In this document: positions 49,135-58,729 of the stretch, piece after piece | Layout of the letters: every line of letters begins with the position of its first letter | How positions within the stretch are numbered: position 1 is the stretch's first letter | Virus record (IMG/VR): IMGVR_UViG_3300009163_000019 | Source of the DNA: a virus | Length of the DNA stretch: 64,000 nucleotides | Direction: 5' to 3' (one strand) | Notes under the pieces: model-generated | What the model was told of the DNA's origin: nothing | Database searches by the model: none | The model's input: the letters and a program-made list of their open reading frames with translations, nothing else | Translations under genes and position numbers: made by a program

Positions 49135-50454
49135 ATGTCTAACCAGTATCTTAAACTGCGCCGCTCATCGGTGCCAGGAAAAATTCCTGATACAGCTTCT
49201 TTAGATTTTGGAGAAATAGCTCTCAATACATATGATGGCTTAGCTTTCATGAAGAAGTCTGGTTCGGCTGGTACACAAATTGTCACAATTGGATCAACTT
49301 CTGGTTCATTTACAGGCTCATTACAAGGAAGTGCTTCATATGCACTTACAGCTTCCTATGCTTTAAATGCTAATTTTAATACAGGATCATTTGCAACTAC
49401 AGGTTCAAATACATTTATAGGAAATCAAACAATAACAGGATCTATTATATTTAATAGTGGATCTCGAATAACATCGACTTATTACGGTAATAATTATCCT
49501 GGATATATTGATATTGTAGCAGGAGCGCCGGATGGATTTGTAGAATTACTATCATACAATCAATCATCCTCTGTTAATGTTGATGATTATAGTGTGTATA
49601 TAACAACAAACTCAAGCTCACAATTTAATTTATGGGAATTTAAAAGGGATGGTAGATTACTAGCTCCTAGAGGAATAGAAGCACTTTCATTTACTGGATC
49701 ATTACTTGGAACCGCATCTTTAGCACTTCAAGTATCTACTAGTATATCTACACAAAATCAACAACACAATGTCTTGTTTATTGATACATCAGGACCAGGA
49801 TACATTCAAGTAGATGGAGGTTTAAGATATAATCCTAATCAAGATTTATTAACAACTACCGCATCATTTGCTCTAACAGCATCATCAGCAGACAACTTTA
49901 CAGTAAGAGGTACATTAACAGCACAAACGATTGTAGCTCAAACCATTACTGCATCAACTGAATTTATTACTGGTTCTAGTAGATTTGGTAGTTTACTTAC
50001 TAATACGCATCAATTTACAGGATCAGTTAGTATAACATCAAGTCTATTAGTAACCGGTCAAGTTAATGCATCAGGAATTACCGGTTCGCTATTTGGAACA
50101 GCAAGTTGGGCTCAAAACGCTATAACAGCATCTTATGTTGCTGCCGCAAATGTTGCTGGTCTATCCTTATTTCAAATAACAACAGGCAGTATAACAGCTA
50201 GTGTAGGAATAGGTCCAAGTAATTTATTTTTAATAAATTCTGCAAGTACAGAATATTTTAATATTTCTAGTAGTGGTAATACAACTATTAATAGTAATTT
50301 ATTTATAATAAAAAATTTTACAACCCAAAAACCTGTATTAACAATAAGTCAAAGTATAGTACAATTCGCAACACAATCTTATGAACCAACAGGATTAATA
50401 GAAAATGGAAGTATTTGGTTTACTTCTACAAATTTATATATAGGACTAGATTAA
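49135..50454 (+). CDS. Fibre protein with a T4 gp37-like N-terminus
   Basis: LKLRRSSVPGKIP....LDFGEIALNTYDG resembles the gp37 N-terminal motif. Confidence 0.7.
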   Translation: MSNQYLKLRRSSVPGKIPDTASLDFGEIALNTYDGLAFMKKSGSAGTQIVTIGSTSGSFTGSLQGSASYALTASYALNANFNTGSFATTGSNTFIGNQTITGSIIFNSGSRITSTYYGNNYPGYIDIVAGAPDGFVELLSYNQSSSVNVDDYSVYITTNSSSQFNLWEFKRDGRLLAPRGIEALSFTGSLLGTASLALQVSTSISTQNQQHNVLFIDTSGPGYIQVDGGLRYNPNQDLLTTTASFALTASSADNFTVRGTLTAQTIVAQTITASTEFITGSSRFGSLLTNTHQFTGSVSITSSLLVTGQVNASGITGSLFGTASWAQNAITASYVAAANVAGLSLFQITTGSITASVGIGPSNLFLINSASTEYFNISSSGNTTINSNLFIIKNFTTQKPVLTISQSIVQFATQSYEPTGLIENGSIWFTSTNLYIGLD

Positions 50455-50509
50455 AATACTTTAAATTTACTAAAATAGTGATATTTATTAATGAATAAAA
50501 TTAAATATA

Positions 50510-51835
50510 ATGGCAACTTGGAAAAAAGTCGTAGTTTCTGGCAGTAGTGCCGAACTAGCTGCTTTAAAAGTAGATAATCTAACATCAGGACAGGTAGTAA
50601 TTGGTGGTGGATCCGCAGGTAACTTGTCTACAACAGCTATAAATGGTACAGGAAATATAGTAGCAACAACTGGAGCTACTAATTTAGTCCATTCTGGTTC
50701 ATTTAGTGGATCTTTTAAAGGAGACGGTTCTGCATTAAGTGGAGTTGCCGCTAGTTTTCCTGTAATTGAAAAAACCAACATAGTAACTGCTGATAAATTC
50801 TTCATTCAGAATAGTGTAGGAGCTTCAAGTGAATTTATTACTTATGGTAACTTATTAACTGATTTAGCTGGTACTAATTTAGTAACTGAATCTAATGATA
50901 GTTTAACTTTAGCATCTACTATTACTGGTCTTACCTCGGTAAGTGCTACTGGCTTTACTGGTAGCTTTACTGGTTCTCTTATTGGAGCTTTAACAGGTAC
51001 TGCATCTTTTGCAAATAATGCAACAAGTGCTTCGTTTGCCTCTCAAGCAGCTAATGCAACTACAGCATCATATGTTGTAACTGCTCAAACAGCTTCTTTT
51101 GTCACAACTGCCCAAACTGCTTCGTTTATCACATCCTCTAATGTATTTGGTCCTAATGGTGCTAATACAATATTGAGTTCATCATTTGCTTTAACAGCAT
51201 CATTTGCTCAAAATGGAGGCACTGTTGCTAATGCCTTAACATTTGGATCTGGTTTATCAGGTAGCTCTGCAACATTTAACGGCGGAACTGCAGTTACAGT
51301 ATCTGTATCTGGAGCGGTTTCTTTAACTACTAATAATCTCCCTAAATGGACGGGTACTGGATTTGCAAATAGTAATATCTCAGATACAGGTACCGCAATT
51401 TCTGTTAGCTCAAATATTCCTGTAACAGTCAATAGTAATTTAACAGTAACAGGTGACTTAACAGTTGCTGGTACTGCTAGCTTTCAAAATACACAAAATT
51501 TATTAATTGGCGATAGATTTGCTGCACTTGCTTCTGGATCTACAACATTAACTGACGGCGGTATTATTGTTGTATCTTCAACTACAGCTAATGGAATGTC
51601 AGGTTCTGCATTCTTTCTAGAGTCACTTTCATCAGGATTATATGGTCGTTGGGCAGTAGCTGCTAATGTAAATGTTTCATCATCAACAGTATCAGCCGAT
51701 GAATATGCAGTAACAGCAAAAATATCACAGGCATCAAATCCAGTAGATGCAACACCTCCAACATGGGGTAGTTCAACAAATGGTATGGGTAATATGTGGA
51801 TTACAAATGCTGGTGACATTTATATTTATTCGTAA
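50510..51835 (+). CDS. Fibre-like structural protein (MATWKKVVVSGS type)
   Basis: S/T/A/G-rich with ASF/ASY repeats and NLTVTGDLTVAGT. Confidence 0.6.
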   Translation: MATWKKVVVSGSSAELAALKVDNLTSGQVVIGGGSAGNLSTTAINGTGNIVATTGATNLVHSGSFSGSFKGDGSALSGVAASFPVIEKTNIVTADKFFIQNSVGASSEFITYGNLLTDLAGTNLVTESNDSLTLASTITGLTSVSATGFTGSFTGSLIGALTGTASFANNATSASFASQAANATTASYVVTAQTASFVTTAQTASFITSSNVFGPNGANTILSSSFALTASFAQNGGTVANALTFGSGLSGSSATFNGGTAVTVSVSGAVSLTTNNLPKWTGTGFANSNISDTGTAISVSSNIPVTVNSNLTVTGDLTVAGTASFQNTQNLLIGDRFAALASGSTTLTDGGIIVVSSTTANGMSGSAFFLESLSSGLYGRWAVAANVNVSSSTVSADEYAVTAKISQASNPVDATPPTWGSSTNGMGNMWITNAGDIYIYS

Positions 51836-51858
51836 TAAAATATATAAAATAAATAGTT

Positions 51859-52065
51859 GTGGCATTTTATTCTAATCAAGTTTTATCAACAGAATTGACT
51901 AATACGCCTCAAAAATTTGTTGATGAAACAGATGAACTTAATAAGTTAGAATTAGAATATATGTTGGAGCTATTAAAAAATGCAGATTTAAAAGGATATC
52001 AAATTGAAATGTTTTATAATCTAGCATTTAAACTGCAAAATCAATATTTAAAAAAAAATAAATAA
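51859..52065 (+). CDS. Small hypothetical protein (possible fibre chaperone)
   Basis: ORF track. Confidence 0.4.
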   Translation: MAFYSNQVLSTELTNTPQKFVDETDELNKLELEYMLELLKNADLKGYQIEMFYNLAFKLQNQYLKKNK

Positions 52066-52073
52066 TAATCGTT

Positions 52074-52292
52074 ATGGACATTTTTTCAATCGACGTAACT
52101 CCTCAAGAGATTGCGTTCATTCGTCAATCTTTAGACTTAGTACAAATTTCAGGTAAAGACGCTAAATTCTTAGCAAATCTACAAGTAAAATTAGAGAACG
52201 AGTACTCTCAGATCCAAGCAATGAAAGCAGAAGAAGAAGCAAAGAAACAAGCAGAGCTTCAAGCTATTAAGACTAAGGAAAAAAAGTCTTAA
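52074..52292 (+). CDS. Small hypothetical protein (possible fibre chaperone)
   Basis: ORF track; weakly similar to the preceding ORF. Confidence 0.45.
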   Translation: MDIFSIDVTPQEIAFIRQSLDLVQISGKDAKFLANLQVKLENEYSQIQAMKAEEEAKKQAELQAIKTKEKKS

Positions 52293-52320
52293 AAAATCGT
52301 ATATTTATAGGAGAAGCAAC

Positions 52321-52382
52321 TCTGTTGGCCCTCACGGGAAGTAGGCATATACATGGCATAAATGTATGTATCTAACCACAGA
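52321..52382 (+). ncRNA. Candidate three-way-junction cis-regulatory RNA
   Basis: P1 TCTGT.GG/CCACAGA; P2 CCC-tcac-GGG; P3 TAGG/TCTA plus ATATACAT/ATGTATGT. Confidence 0.45.
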
Positions 52383-52399
52383 ATAAATTATAAAATAAC

Positions 52400-52969
52400 A
52401 TGCCAAATTGGAGAAAAGTTGTCGTATCTGGCTCAGATGCGAGTTTAAATTCATTATATGTACTAACTAGTGTAACTGCTAGTGTATTCTCAGGTTCACA
52501 TACAGGTTCTTTATTTGGAACTGCGAGTTGGGCTCAAAATGCTGTAACAGCATCATACATTTTAAACGCGGTAAGTTCATCATTTGCAACTAGAGCTATA
52601 TCTGCATCTTATGCAGATGACTTTACAGTAAGAAACTTATTAAACGTTGATTCTGCGTCATTAGATTATCAACAAAATTTAGCTGTAGCAACAGGATCAT
52701 TTCAAACAATAGTTAGTGTAGCTACAGGTTCTTATAGATGTGCTTTCTTCGATTATGTAACATTTAGTAGTTCAATAGTCAGAGCAGGAACCGTCGTTTC
52801 AACTTGGAGTGGTTCAGCAACAGAATATTATGAAAACTTTACAGCTGATTTGGGTGGTAGCACATCTATTGTTATATTACAAACAGCAATAAGTGCAAGC
52901 AATATAGTATTACAAGCAGGAATTTCAGGTTCCGCTTGGTCAGTTCGTTCATTAGTAAGATTATTATAA
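52400..52969 (+). CDS. Short fibre/adaptor protein (MPNWRKVVVSGS type)
   Basis: N-terminus shared with 50510; C-terminal domain shared with 54447. Confidence 0.6.
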   Translation: MPNWRKVVVSGSDASLNSLYVLTSVTASVFSGSHTGSLFGTASWAQNAVTASYILNAVSSSFATRAISASYADDFTVRNLLNVDSASLDYQQNLAVATGSFQTIVSVATGSYRCAFFDYVTFSSSIVRAGTVVSTWSGSATEYYENFTADLGGSTSIVILQTAISASNIVLQAGISGSAWSVRSLVRLL

Positions 52970-52970
52970 T

Positions 52971-53672
52971 ATGGCATTTTTTAGAGGCCCAAATATGGTT
53001 ACAAATGGTTTAGTATTAGCACTAGATGCTGCCAATACAAAAAGCTATCCGGGCAGTGGAACTGTATGGAGAGATTTAAGTGGAAGTAATATTAGTGGAT
53101 CATTAATTAATGGACCAACATTTAGTAATACAAATAACGGTGTTATTGTATTTGATGGAACTAATGATTATGTAGATATTAACAATACTTATACTTTTAC
53201 CTCAAGTTCAAATTTTTCAGTTCAATTATGGGTTTATTTTTTAAATCATTCTGATAGACCTACTGCTGCTGCTGATATATTTGGAAAGGGACACTTCTAT
53301 GCTAATACATGGGACATATGGTTGTATAATACACATCAGATATCTTTTGAAACAAGAGGAAATACTACAGGTATAACTGATAATTTAGATACTAGTGCAT
53401 TAGCAATAAATACTTGGCATAACTTTGCTGCTACTTATAATAATACAGCTAAAAGCATTTATGTAAATGGTAATAGAGTAGGTACTTCAACTTATCCCGG
53501 TCCGGGGGACTTTACTAATGGTTTTAATGTATATATTGGATCAAGACAAGGAGATCTTTCTAGAAGTTTAAGAGGTCGTGTTGCAATGACTTGTCTTTAT
53601 AATCGATCTCTCACTGCATCAGAAGTCCTACAAAATTATAATGCAACAAAATCACGCTTCAATCTAACATAA
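52971..53672 (+). CDS. LamG/concanavalin-A-like lectin protein 1
   Basis: GLVLALDAAN..SYPGSG..W.DLSG, FDGTNDY, W.NFA.TY, YNR.L...E..QNYNA. Confidence 0.85.
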   Translation: MAFFRGPNMVTNGLVLALDAANTKSYPGSGTVWRDLSGSNISGSLINGPTFSNTNNGVIVFDGTNDYVDINNTYTFTSSSNFSVQLWVYFLNHSDRPTAAADIFGKGHFYANTWDIWLYNTHQISFETRGNTTGITDNLDTSALAINTWHNFAATYNNTAKSIYVNGNRVGTSTYPGPGDFTNGFNVYIGSRQGDLSRSLRGRVAMTCLYNRSLTASEVLQNYNATKSRFNLT

Positions 53673-53673
53673 T

Positions 53674-54384
53674 ATGGCATCATTAGGTGGACCAAATATA
53701 ATAACAAATGGATTAGTGTTAGCGCTAGATGCTGCTAATACTAAAAGTTATCCTGGTAGTGGAACTACTTGGGGGGATTTAAGTGGTAATAATAATAGTG
53801 GTAGTTTAATTAATGGTCCTACATTTAGTAGTTCAAATAGTGGTATTTTAACATTTAATGGAACTAATCAATACATATCAACTCCTATACAAAACTTAAG
53901 TAGACCATGTACATTTTCAACATGGGTAAATTTTAATAATCTAACCGGATATCAAACACTTGTAGGTCAGGATACTTCAACAGCAATAGCAAGAGGCCGG
54001 TTTTATTTTCAAAAAGCAGGTGGTACTACGGAAGGGTTAATATTAAATGTAGTAAATTTTTCTATGGTTTTAAGTAATAATACAGTAGTGGTAGTAAATG
54101 CATTAAACCCAGTAGTAACTAATCAATGGTATAACTATAGTGTAGTATTAACTACTACAAGTTTAAGTTTATATGAAAATGGAATATTACAAAATACTGT
54201 AAGTGATAGTAACACTTTTTTAACGCCAAACACAACAATTACACTAAATGCAGGATATTATGCAGATGTTATCGTAGATTTTGTAAATGGTAAATCGTCT
54301 TCATTTTTAATATATAATAGAGCGCTCTTAACAACAGAAATCTCTCAAAACTACAACGCAACAAAAGCACGTTTTGGTCTATAA
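53674..54384 (+). CDS. LamG-like lectin protein 2
   Basis: Paralog of 52971. Confidence 0.85.
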   Translation: MASLGGPNIITNGLVLALDAANTKSYPGSGTTWGDLSGNNNSGSLINGPTFSSSNSGILTFNGTNQYISTPIQNLSRPCTFSTWVNFNNLTGYQTLVGQDTSTAIARGRFYFQKAGGTTEGLILNVVNFSMVLSNNTVVVVNALNPVVTNQWYNYSVVLTTTSLSLYENGILQNTVSDSNTFLTPNTTITLNAGYYADVIVDFVNGKSSSFLIYNRALLTTEISQNYNATKARFGL

Positions 54385-54446
54385 TTAAACCCTTATTTGT
54401 TATATTTATATATGTCCCTTTGGAATATGAAAAAAGGATAAAATAA

Positions 54447-56105
54447 ATGGCAAACGAATTTAAAGTAAAAAAAGGCCTAGTCGTAAATGGATCAGGCTCA
54501 GTAATATTAGATATACAAGGATCACAAGGTCAATTATTTTCAGTAACAGACCAACTATCCGGATCCTTATTTTCAGTAAACGATATCTCAGGTATTCCTA
54601 TATTAGCGGTATCATCAGATGATTCTGTTAGATTAGGTACATTTAGTAGAGAAGCCATTAAAGTATCCGGTTCTAATGCAGTTATCACAGGTTCATTTAC
54701 CGGTTCATTAAGCGGTTCATTGTTTGGCACTGCATCGTGGGCTAACAATGCATTAACAGCATCTTTTTTTGGAGGAAGCGTAACTAGTGCTTCATATGCC
54801 TCTAGTTCTACAAGTGCTTCGTTTGCCTCTACAGCATCTTTAGCATTAAATTTTATTACTAGTTCTGTAACATCTGCAAGTTTTGCTACAACTGCAAGTT
54901 CAGCAGATTCATTTAATGTCAGAACAAGTTTAACTGCCTCTAATTTACTAGTAAGTGGAACAATAACTGCTCAAACACTATTAGTACAAACTATTACTTC
55001 TTCTGTTGAATTTATTACTGGGTCAAGTAAATTTGGTAGTTTATTAACAGATACACATCAATTTACAGGGTCTGTTTCTATAAGTAGTAGTTTAAATATA
55101 ACCGGACAATTAACAGCAACAGGAATTACTGGCTCTCATTTTGGAACAAGTTCTTGGGCAATTAATGCTGCCACTGCATCTTATTTTTTAACTAGTTCTG
55201 TAACTAATGCAACTAGTGCTAGTTATGCAGCTACTTCAAGTTGGGCATTAAATTTTTTAACATCTTCTGTAACTAGTGCCTCTCTAGCAGCAACAGCATC
55301 CTATTTTCTAACTAGTTCAGTAACTAATGCAACTAGTGCCTCTCTAGCAGCAACAGCATCCTATTTTCTAACTAGTTCAGTAACTAGTGCGTCATATGCT
55401 CAAACAGCGTCTTATCATTTTACCAGTTCGGTTACTAATGCAACTAGTGCCTCTCTAGCAGCAACAGCATCATACTTTATAACTAGTTCTGTTACTAGCG
55501 CATCATTTGCATCAACTGCATCTTATTTTATAACCAGCTCAGTAACTAATGCTACTAGTGCCTCTCTAGCAGCAACAGCATCATACTTTATAACTAGTTC
55601 AGTAACTAATGCTACTAGTGCATCATTTGCAGCAACAGCATCTTACTTTATTACTAGTTCAGTAACTTCTGCAAGTTATGCTGCAACAGCTTCTTACTTT
55701 ATTACTAGTTCTGTTACTAGCGCATCATTTGCAGCAACATCATCATATGCAAATGCTACATCAACTGTAGGTTATACTATAGGTGGTTCACAAATATATT
55801 ATGCGTCTGTTTTATCATCTACTAGTCCTGTAAATCAAAATATATTTACTAATAATACAGGATCATTTACTTCTGGATTTTATAACTATACTATATCTAG
55901 TGGTTCAAATGCTAGATCTGGTCAAATATCATCAGTATGGTCAGTAAATACTGTGTCATACAACGACTATTCAACAACTGATATTGGAGATACCTCTACA
56001 GTAACAGCATCAGTAGTAGTTGTAACAGGACAAGTACAATTTAATGTTCAAGTTCCTTCCTCAACAACAGGTTGGAGAATTAAAGCAACAGCAACTTATT
56101 TATAA
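54447..56105 (+). CDS. Fibre protein (MANEF type) with S/A/T tandem repeats
   Basis: Repeats of TASYF(L/I)TSSVT(NAT)SAS and modules shared with other fibres. Confidence 0.65.
   Translation: MANEFKVKKGLVVNGSGSVILDIQGSQGQLFSVTDQLSGSLFSVNDISGIPILAVSSDDSVRLGTFSREAIKVSGSNAVITGSFTGSLSGSLFGTASWANNALTASFFGGSVTSASYASSSTSASFASTASLALNFITSSVTSASFATTASSADSFNVRTSLTASNLLVSGTITAQTLLVQTITSSVEFITGSSKFGSLLTDTHQFTGSVSISSSLNITGQLTATGITGSHFGTSSWAINAATASYFLTSSVTNATSASYAATSSWALNFLTSSVTSASLAATASYFLTSSVTNATSASLAATASYFLTSSVTSASYAQTASYHFTSSVTNATSASLAATASYFITSSVTSASFASTASYFITSSVTNATSASLAATASYFITSSVTNATSASFAATASYFITSSVTSASYAATASYFITSSVTSASFAATSSYANATSTVGYTIGGSQIYYASVLSSTSPVNQNIFTNNTGSFTSGFYNYTISSGSNARSGQISSVWSVNTVSYNDYSTTDIGDTSTVTASVVVVTGQVQFNVQVPSSTTGWRIKATATYL
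55171..55750 (+). repeat. 51/60-bp coding tandem repeat (~10 units)
   Basis: actagtgcctctctagcagcaacagcatc recurs. Confidence 0.9.
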
Positions 56106-56124
56106 AAATTTAAAATAATAATTT

Positions 56125-56334
56125 ATGTATCAATATCAAGTACAGTGTCAGTTTATACCTGGCCTAGACACTATTTGGGTAGCTAGATTAACACTTGAAG
56201 ATCCAATTTATGAATATGTTCATGAAGGTGAGGCAATTGCAAAAGCTGCTGAACTTCAAGCTGCTGATGAAACAGGAAGACAATATCGTGTAGTAGATAT
56301 TTCTATTGTTCAAGAAGAATTACCAACAGAATAA
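56125..56334 (+). CDS. Small hypothetical protein
   Basis: ORF track. Confidence 0.55.
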   Translation: MYQYQVQCQFIPGLDTIWVARLTLEDPIYEYVHEGEAIAKAAELQAADETGRQYRVVDISIVQEELPTE

Positions 56335-56335
56335 T

Positions 56336-57004
56336 ATGGGATTTTTTGATGGACCTACTATTGTTACAAATGGATTAGTATTAGCATTAGATGCTGCTGA
56401 TCAAAATTCTTATGCTGGTAGTGGAACTAACTGGTTTAGTTTAGTTAGTAATAATAGCGGGTCTTTAATAAATGGACCTACATTTAATTCTGATAATAAT
56501 GGTAGTATTGTATTTGATGGTACTAATGATTTTGTAACTGCTAGTATGAGTTGTGATAAAACTAATTATTCTGTTGATTGGTGGATACGTCCTTCTACAA
56601 CAACTAACTTTAACCAATTTATAGGTTTTAATCGTTATGGATGGAATGGTTTTGTTTGTCATACAACATCAACAGGACAAATTTATGTAGGGACAACAGC
56701 AGTAGATAATACAGGTAGAATTATTCCTTGGAGAACTGGGGTTTATGTAACAAATACCTGGCAAAATATTACATGGACGTTTGCTAATGGAGCCGGGAAA
56801 TTCTATAAAAATTCAGTACTAGAAGCTTCAGCCACATTATCAGTGTCAGCAGATGCTTCTTTTACATCTATTTCTATTGGAGCAAATGCAACAGACACAA
56901 TAAATGGAAGAATAGCCTGTATTAAAGTTTACAGTAATAAAATACTGTCAGCAGACGAAATCGCTCAAAACTACGACGCACAAAAATCACGCTTCGGTTT
57001 ATAG
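56336..57004 (+). CDS. LamG-like lectin protein 3
   Basis: Paralog; probable start ATG 56336 (MGFFDGP). Confidence 0.85.
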   Translation: MGFFDGPTIVTNGLVLALDAADQNSYAGSGTNWFSLVSNNSGSLINGPTFNSDNNGSIVFDGTNDFVTASMSCDKTNYSVDWWIRPSTTTNFNQFIGFNRYGWNGFVCHTTSTGQIYVGTTAVDNTGRIIPWRTGVYVTNTWQNITWTFANGAGKFYKNSVLEASATLSVSADASFTSISIGANATDTINGRIACIKVYSNKILSADEIAQNYDAQKSRFGL

Positions 57005-57013
57005 TTATAATAT

Positions 57014-57688
57014 ATGTCAACACAATACGCTTTTGGACAAATAGTAACAAATGGATTAGTATTATCATTAGATGCTGCTGATAAGAATTCTTATCCTGGT
57101 AGTGGAACTGTGTGGAATGATTTGAGTGGGAATAATAATACCGGATCTTTAATTAATACTCCTACATTTAGTAATATTAATGGCGGATCTTTTTTATTTA
57201 ATGGAACCAATCAATCAGTATCATTAGTATCTTTAAATTTACAACAAAATTTTACTCTTGAAGCTTGGATTAATCAAAACGTTTTAAATGGGTTTGCTAT
57301 ATTTGGTCAAGGTACTCAAGCTACTAATAATGGATTGCATGTTTGGTATACAGCTAATACTACAATAAGGTTCGGAATGTTTAGTAATGATACTGACTTT
57401 ACAGTAGCAACTAGTACCGGCAACTGGTATCATCTAGTTGTCACTTACAATAATAGCTCCCCTTTTACAAAATCTATGTATCTTAATGGAGTAGCACTAT
57501 CAGGTACTCCACAACAAACTCAAGCCGCATACACCGGAACCGGGACTTTTAGATTAGGAGCTATTTATAGCACTCCTACTAATTACGGCAATGGGTATTT
57601 TGCAGGTACAAAAACATATAGTCGCATATTATCAGCATCAGAAATCACCCAAAACTACAACGCACAAAAATCACGCTTCGGCTTATAA
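57014..57688 (+). CDS. LamG-like lectin protein 4
   Basis: Paralog. Confidence 0.85.
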   Translation: MSTQYAFGQIVTNGLVLSLDAADKNSYPGSGTVWNDLSGNNNTGSLINTPTFSNINGGSFLFNGTNQSVSLVSLNLQQNFTLEAWINQNVLNGFAIFGQGTQATNNGLHVWYTANTTIRFGMFSNDTDFTVATSTGNWYHLVVTYNNSSPFTKSMYLNGVALSGTPQQTQAAYTGTGTFRLGAIYSTPTNYGNGYFAGTKTYSRILSASEITQNYNAQKSRFGL

Positions 57689-57691
57689 CAA

Positions 57692-58420
57692 ATGGGAATA
57701 TCAGGTGGACCATATATAGTAAGAGATAGTAGCTTAATATTAGAGCTAGATGCTGCTGATAATAATTCTTATCCGGGTAGTGGAACTACATGTAATGATT
57801 TAGCTAGTATTGGTAATGTTGGTACTTTTACAAATTCACCAACATTTAATAGTTCTAATGGTGGAAATATTGTATTTAATGGTACTAATAGTTATATAGC
57901 ATTTACAAATACTACCACTACTTTAGCAAATGATAACTTTACAATAGATATGTGGTGTAGACCCACTTCTACTATAGCTGATATAACTGAATCAACAGGA
58001 GGAACTGGCTGTCTTAGTGGACAAAGATTCATAACAGAGCCATTCTATACTGATCCTGGATCTGGAGCAGGCGTTTCTATAGGCACTAATGGAATCGTAG
58101 TAGCCGAACATTCAAATTCATATATCCCAGGGCTACTTGAATATACTGCTACTATATCAAATATAATCTTTTCTCACATAGTAATTACTTATACTAGTAA
58201 ACAACCTAGAGCATATCTTAATGGTGTTTTAGTAAGAACCGGATTAACAAGTGCAAAAGCTTTTGTTAGTTTAAGAATAGCAGGTATAGGAGGAATGCAG
58301 TATGCTAATTATGGATATTTTGCCGGGGGATTAGCAAATATAAAATGGTATAATAGAACTTTATCCACAGACGAAATCCTACAAAATTATAACGCACAAA
58401 AATCACGCTTCGGCTTATAA
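57692..58420 (+). CDS. LamG-like lectin protein 5
   Basis: Paralog. Confidence 0.85.
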   Translation: MGISGGPYIVRDSSLILELDAADNNSYPGSGTTCNDLASIGNVGTFTNSPTFNSSNGGNIVFNGTNSYIAFTNTTTTLANDNFTIDMWCRPTSTIADITESTGGTGCLSGQRFITEPFYTDPGSGAGVSIGTNGIVVAEHSNSYIPGLLEYTATISNIIFSHIVITYTSKQPRAYLNGVLVRTGLTSAKAFVSLRIAGIGGMQYANYGYFAGGLANIKWYNRTLSTDEILQNYNAQKSRFGL

Positions 58421-58432
58421 AACAATACAATT

Positions 58433-58678
58433 ATGAATAACACGTACATGATTTTTAACGTATCAGAATTAGAACAAATTGATTTTACTCAAGTAAAAGA
58501 AACATCAATTGACACTGTTCGCAAATCAATAGATCAAACTAAAACATTTGTTAAATGGGAAGGTGAAATACCACAATGTGTAGTTGATTTAACAACCAAA
58601 GAAGGCCCATACACTTATGATGAAATATTAGCAATATTAGCTACAGAAGAATGGACTAATCCTAATCCACTTCCATAA
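58433..58678 (+). CDS. Small hypothetical protein linked to the LamG cluster
   Basis: ORF track. Confidence 0.55.
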   Translation: MNNTYMIFNVSELEQIDFTQVKETSIDTVRKSIDQTKTFVKWEGEIPQCVVDLTTKEGPYTYDEILAILATEEWTNPNPLP

Positions 58679-58729
58679 TATTTATAATAAACCCCCGTTC
58701 TAGGGATAGGGATCTAGAACACAACATAA

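Noticed and set aside
52971-58420. Diversity-generating retroelement or invertase shufflon acting on the LamG genes
   Set aside because: No reverse transcriptase or recombinase in the window, no TR/VR pair with adenine-specific differences, and all copies are co-oriented.
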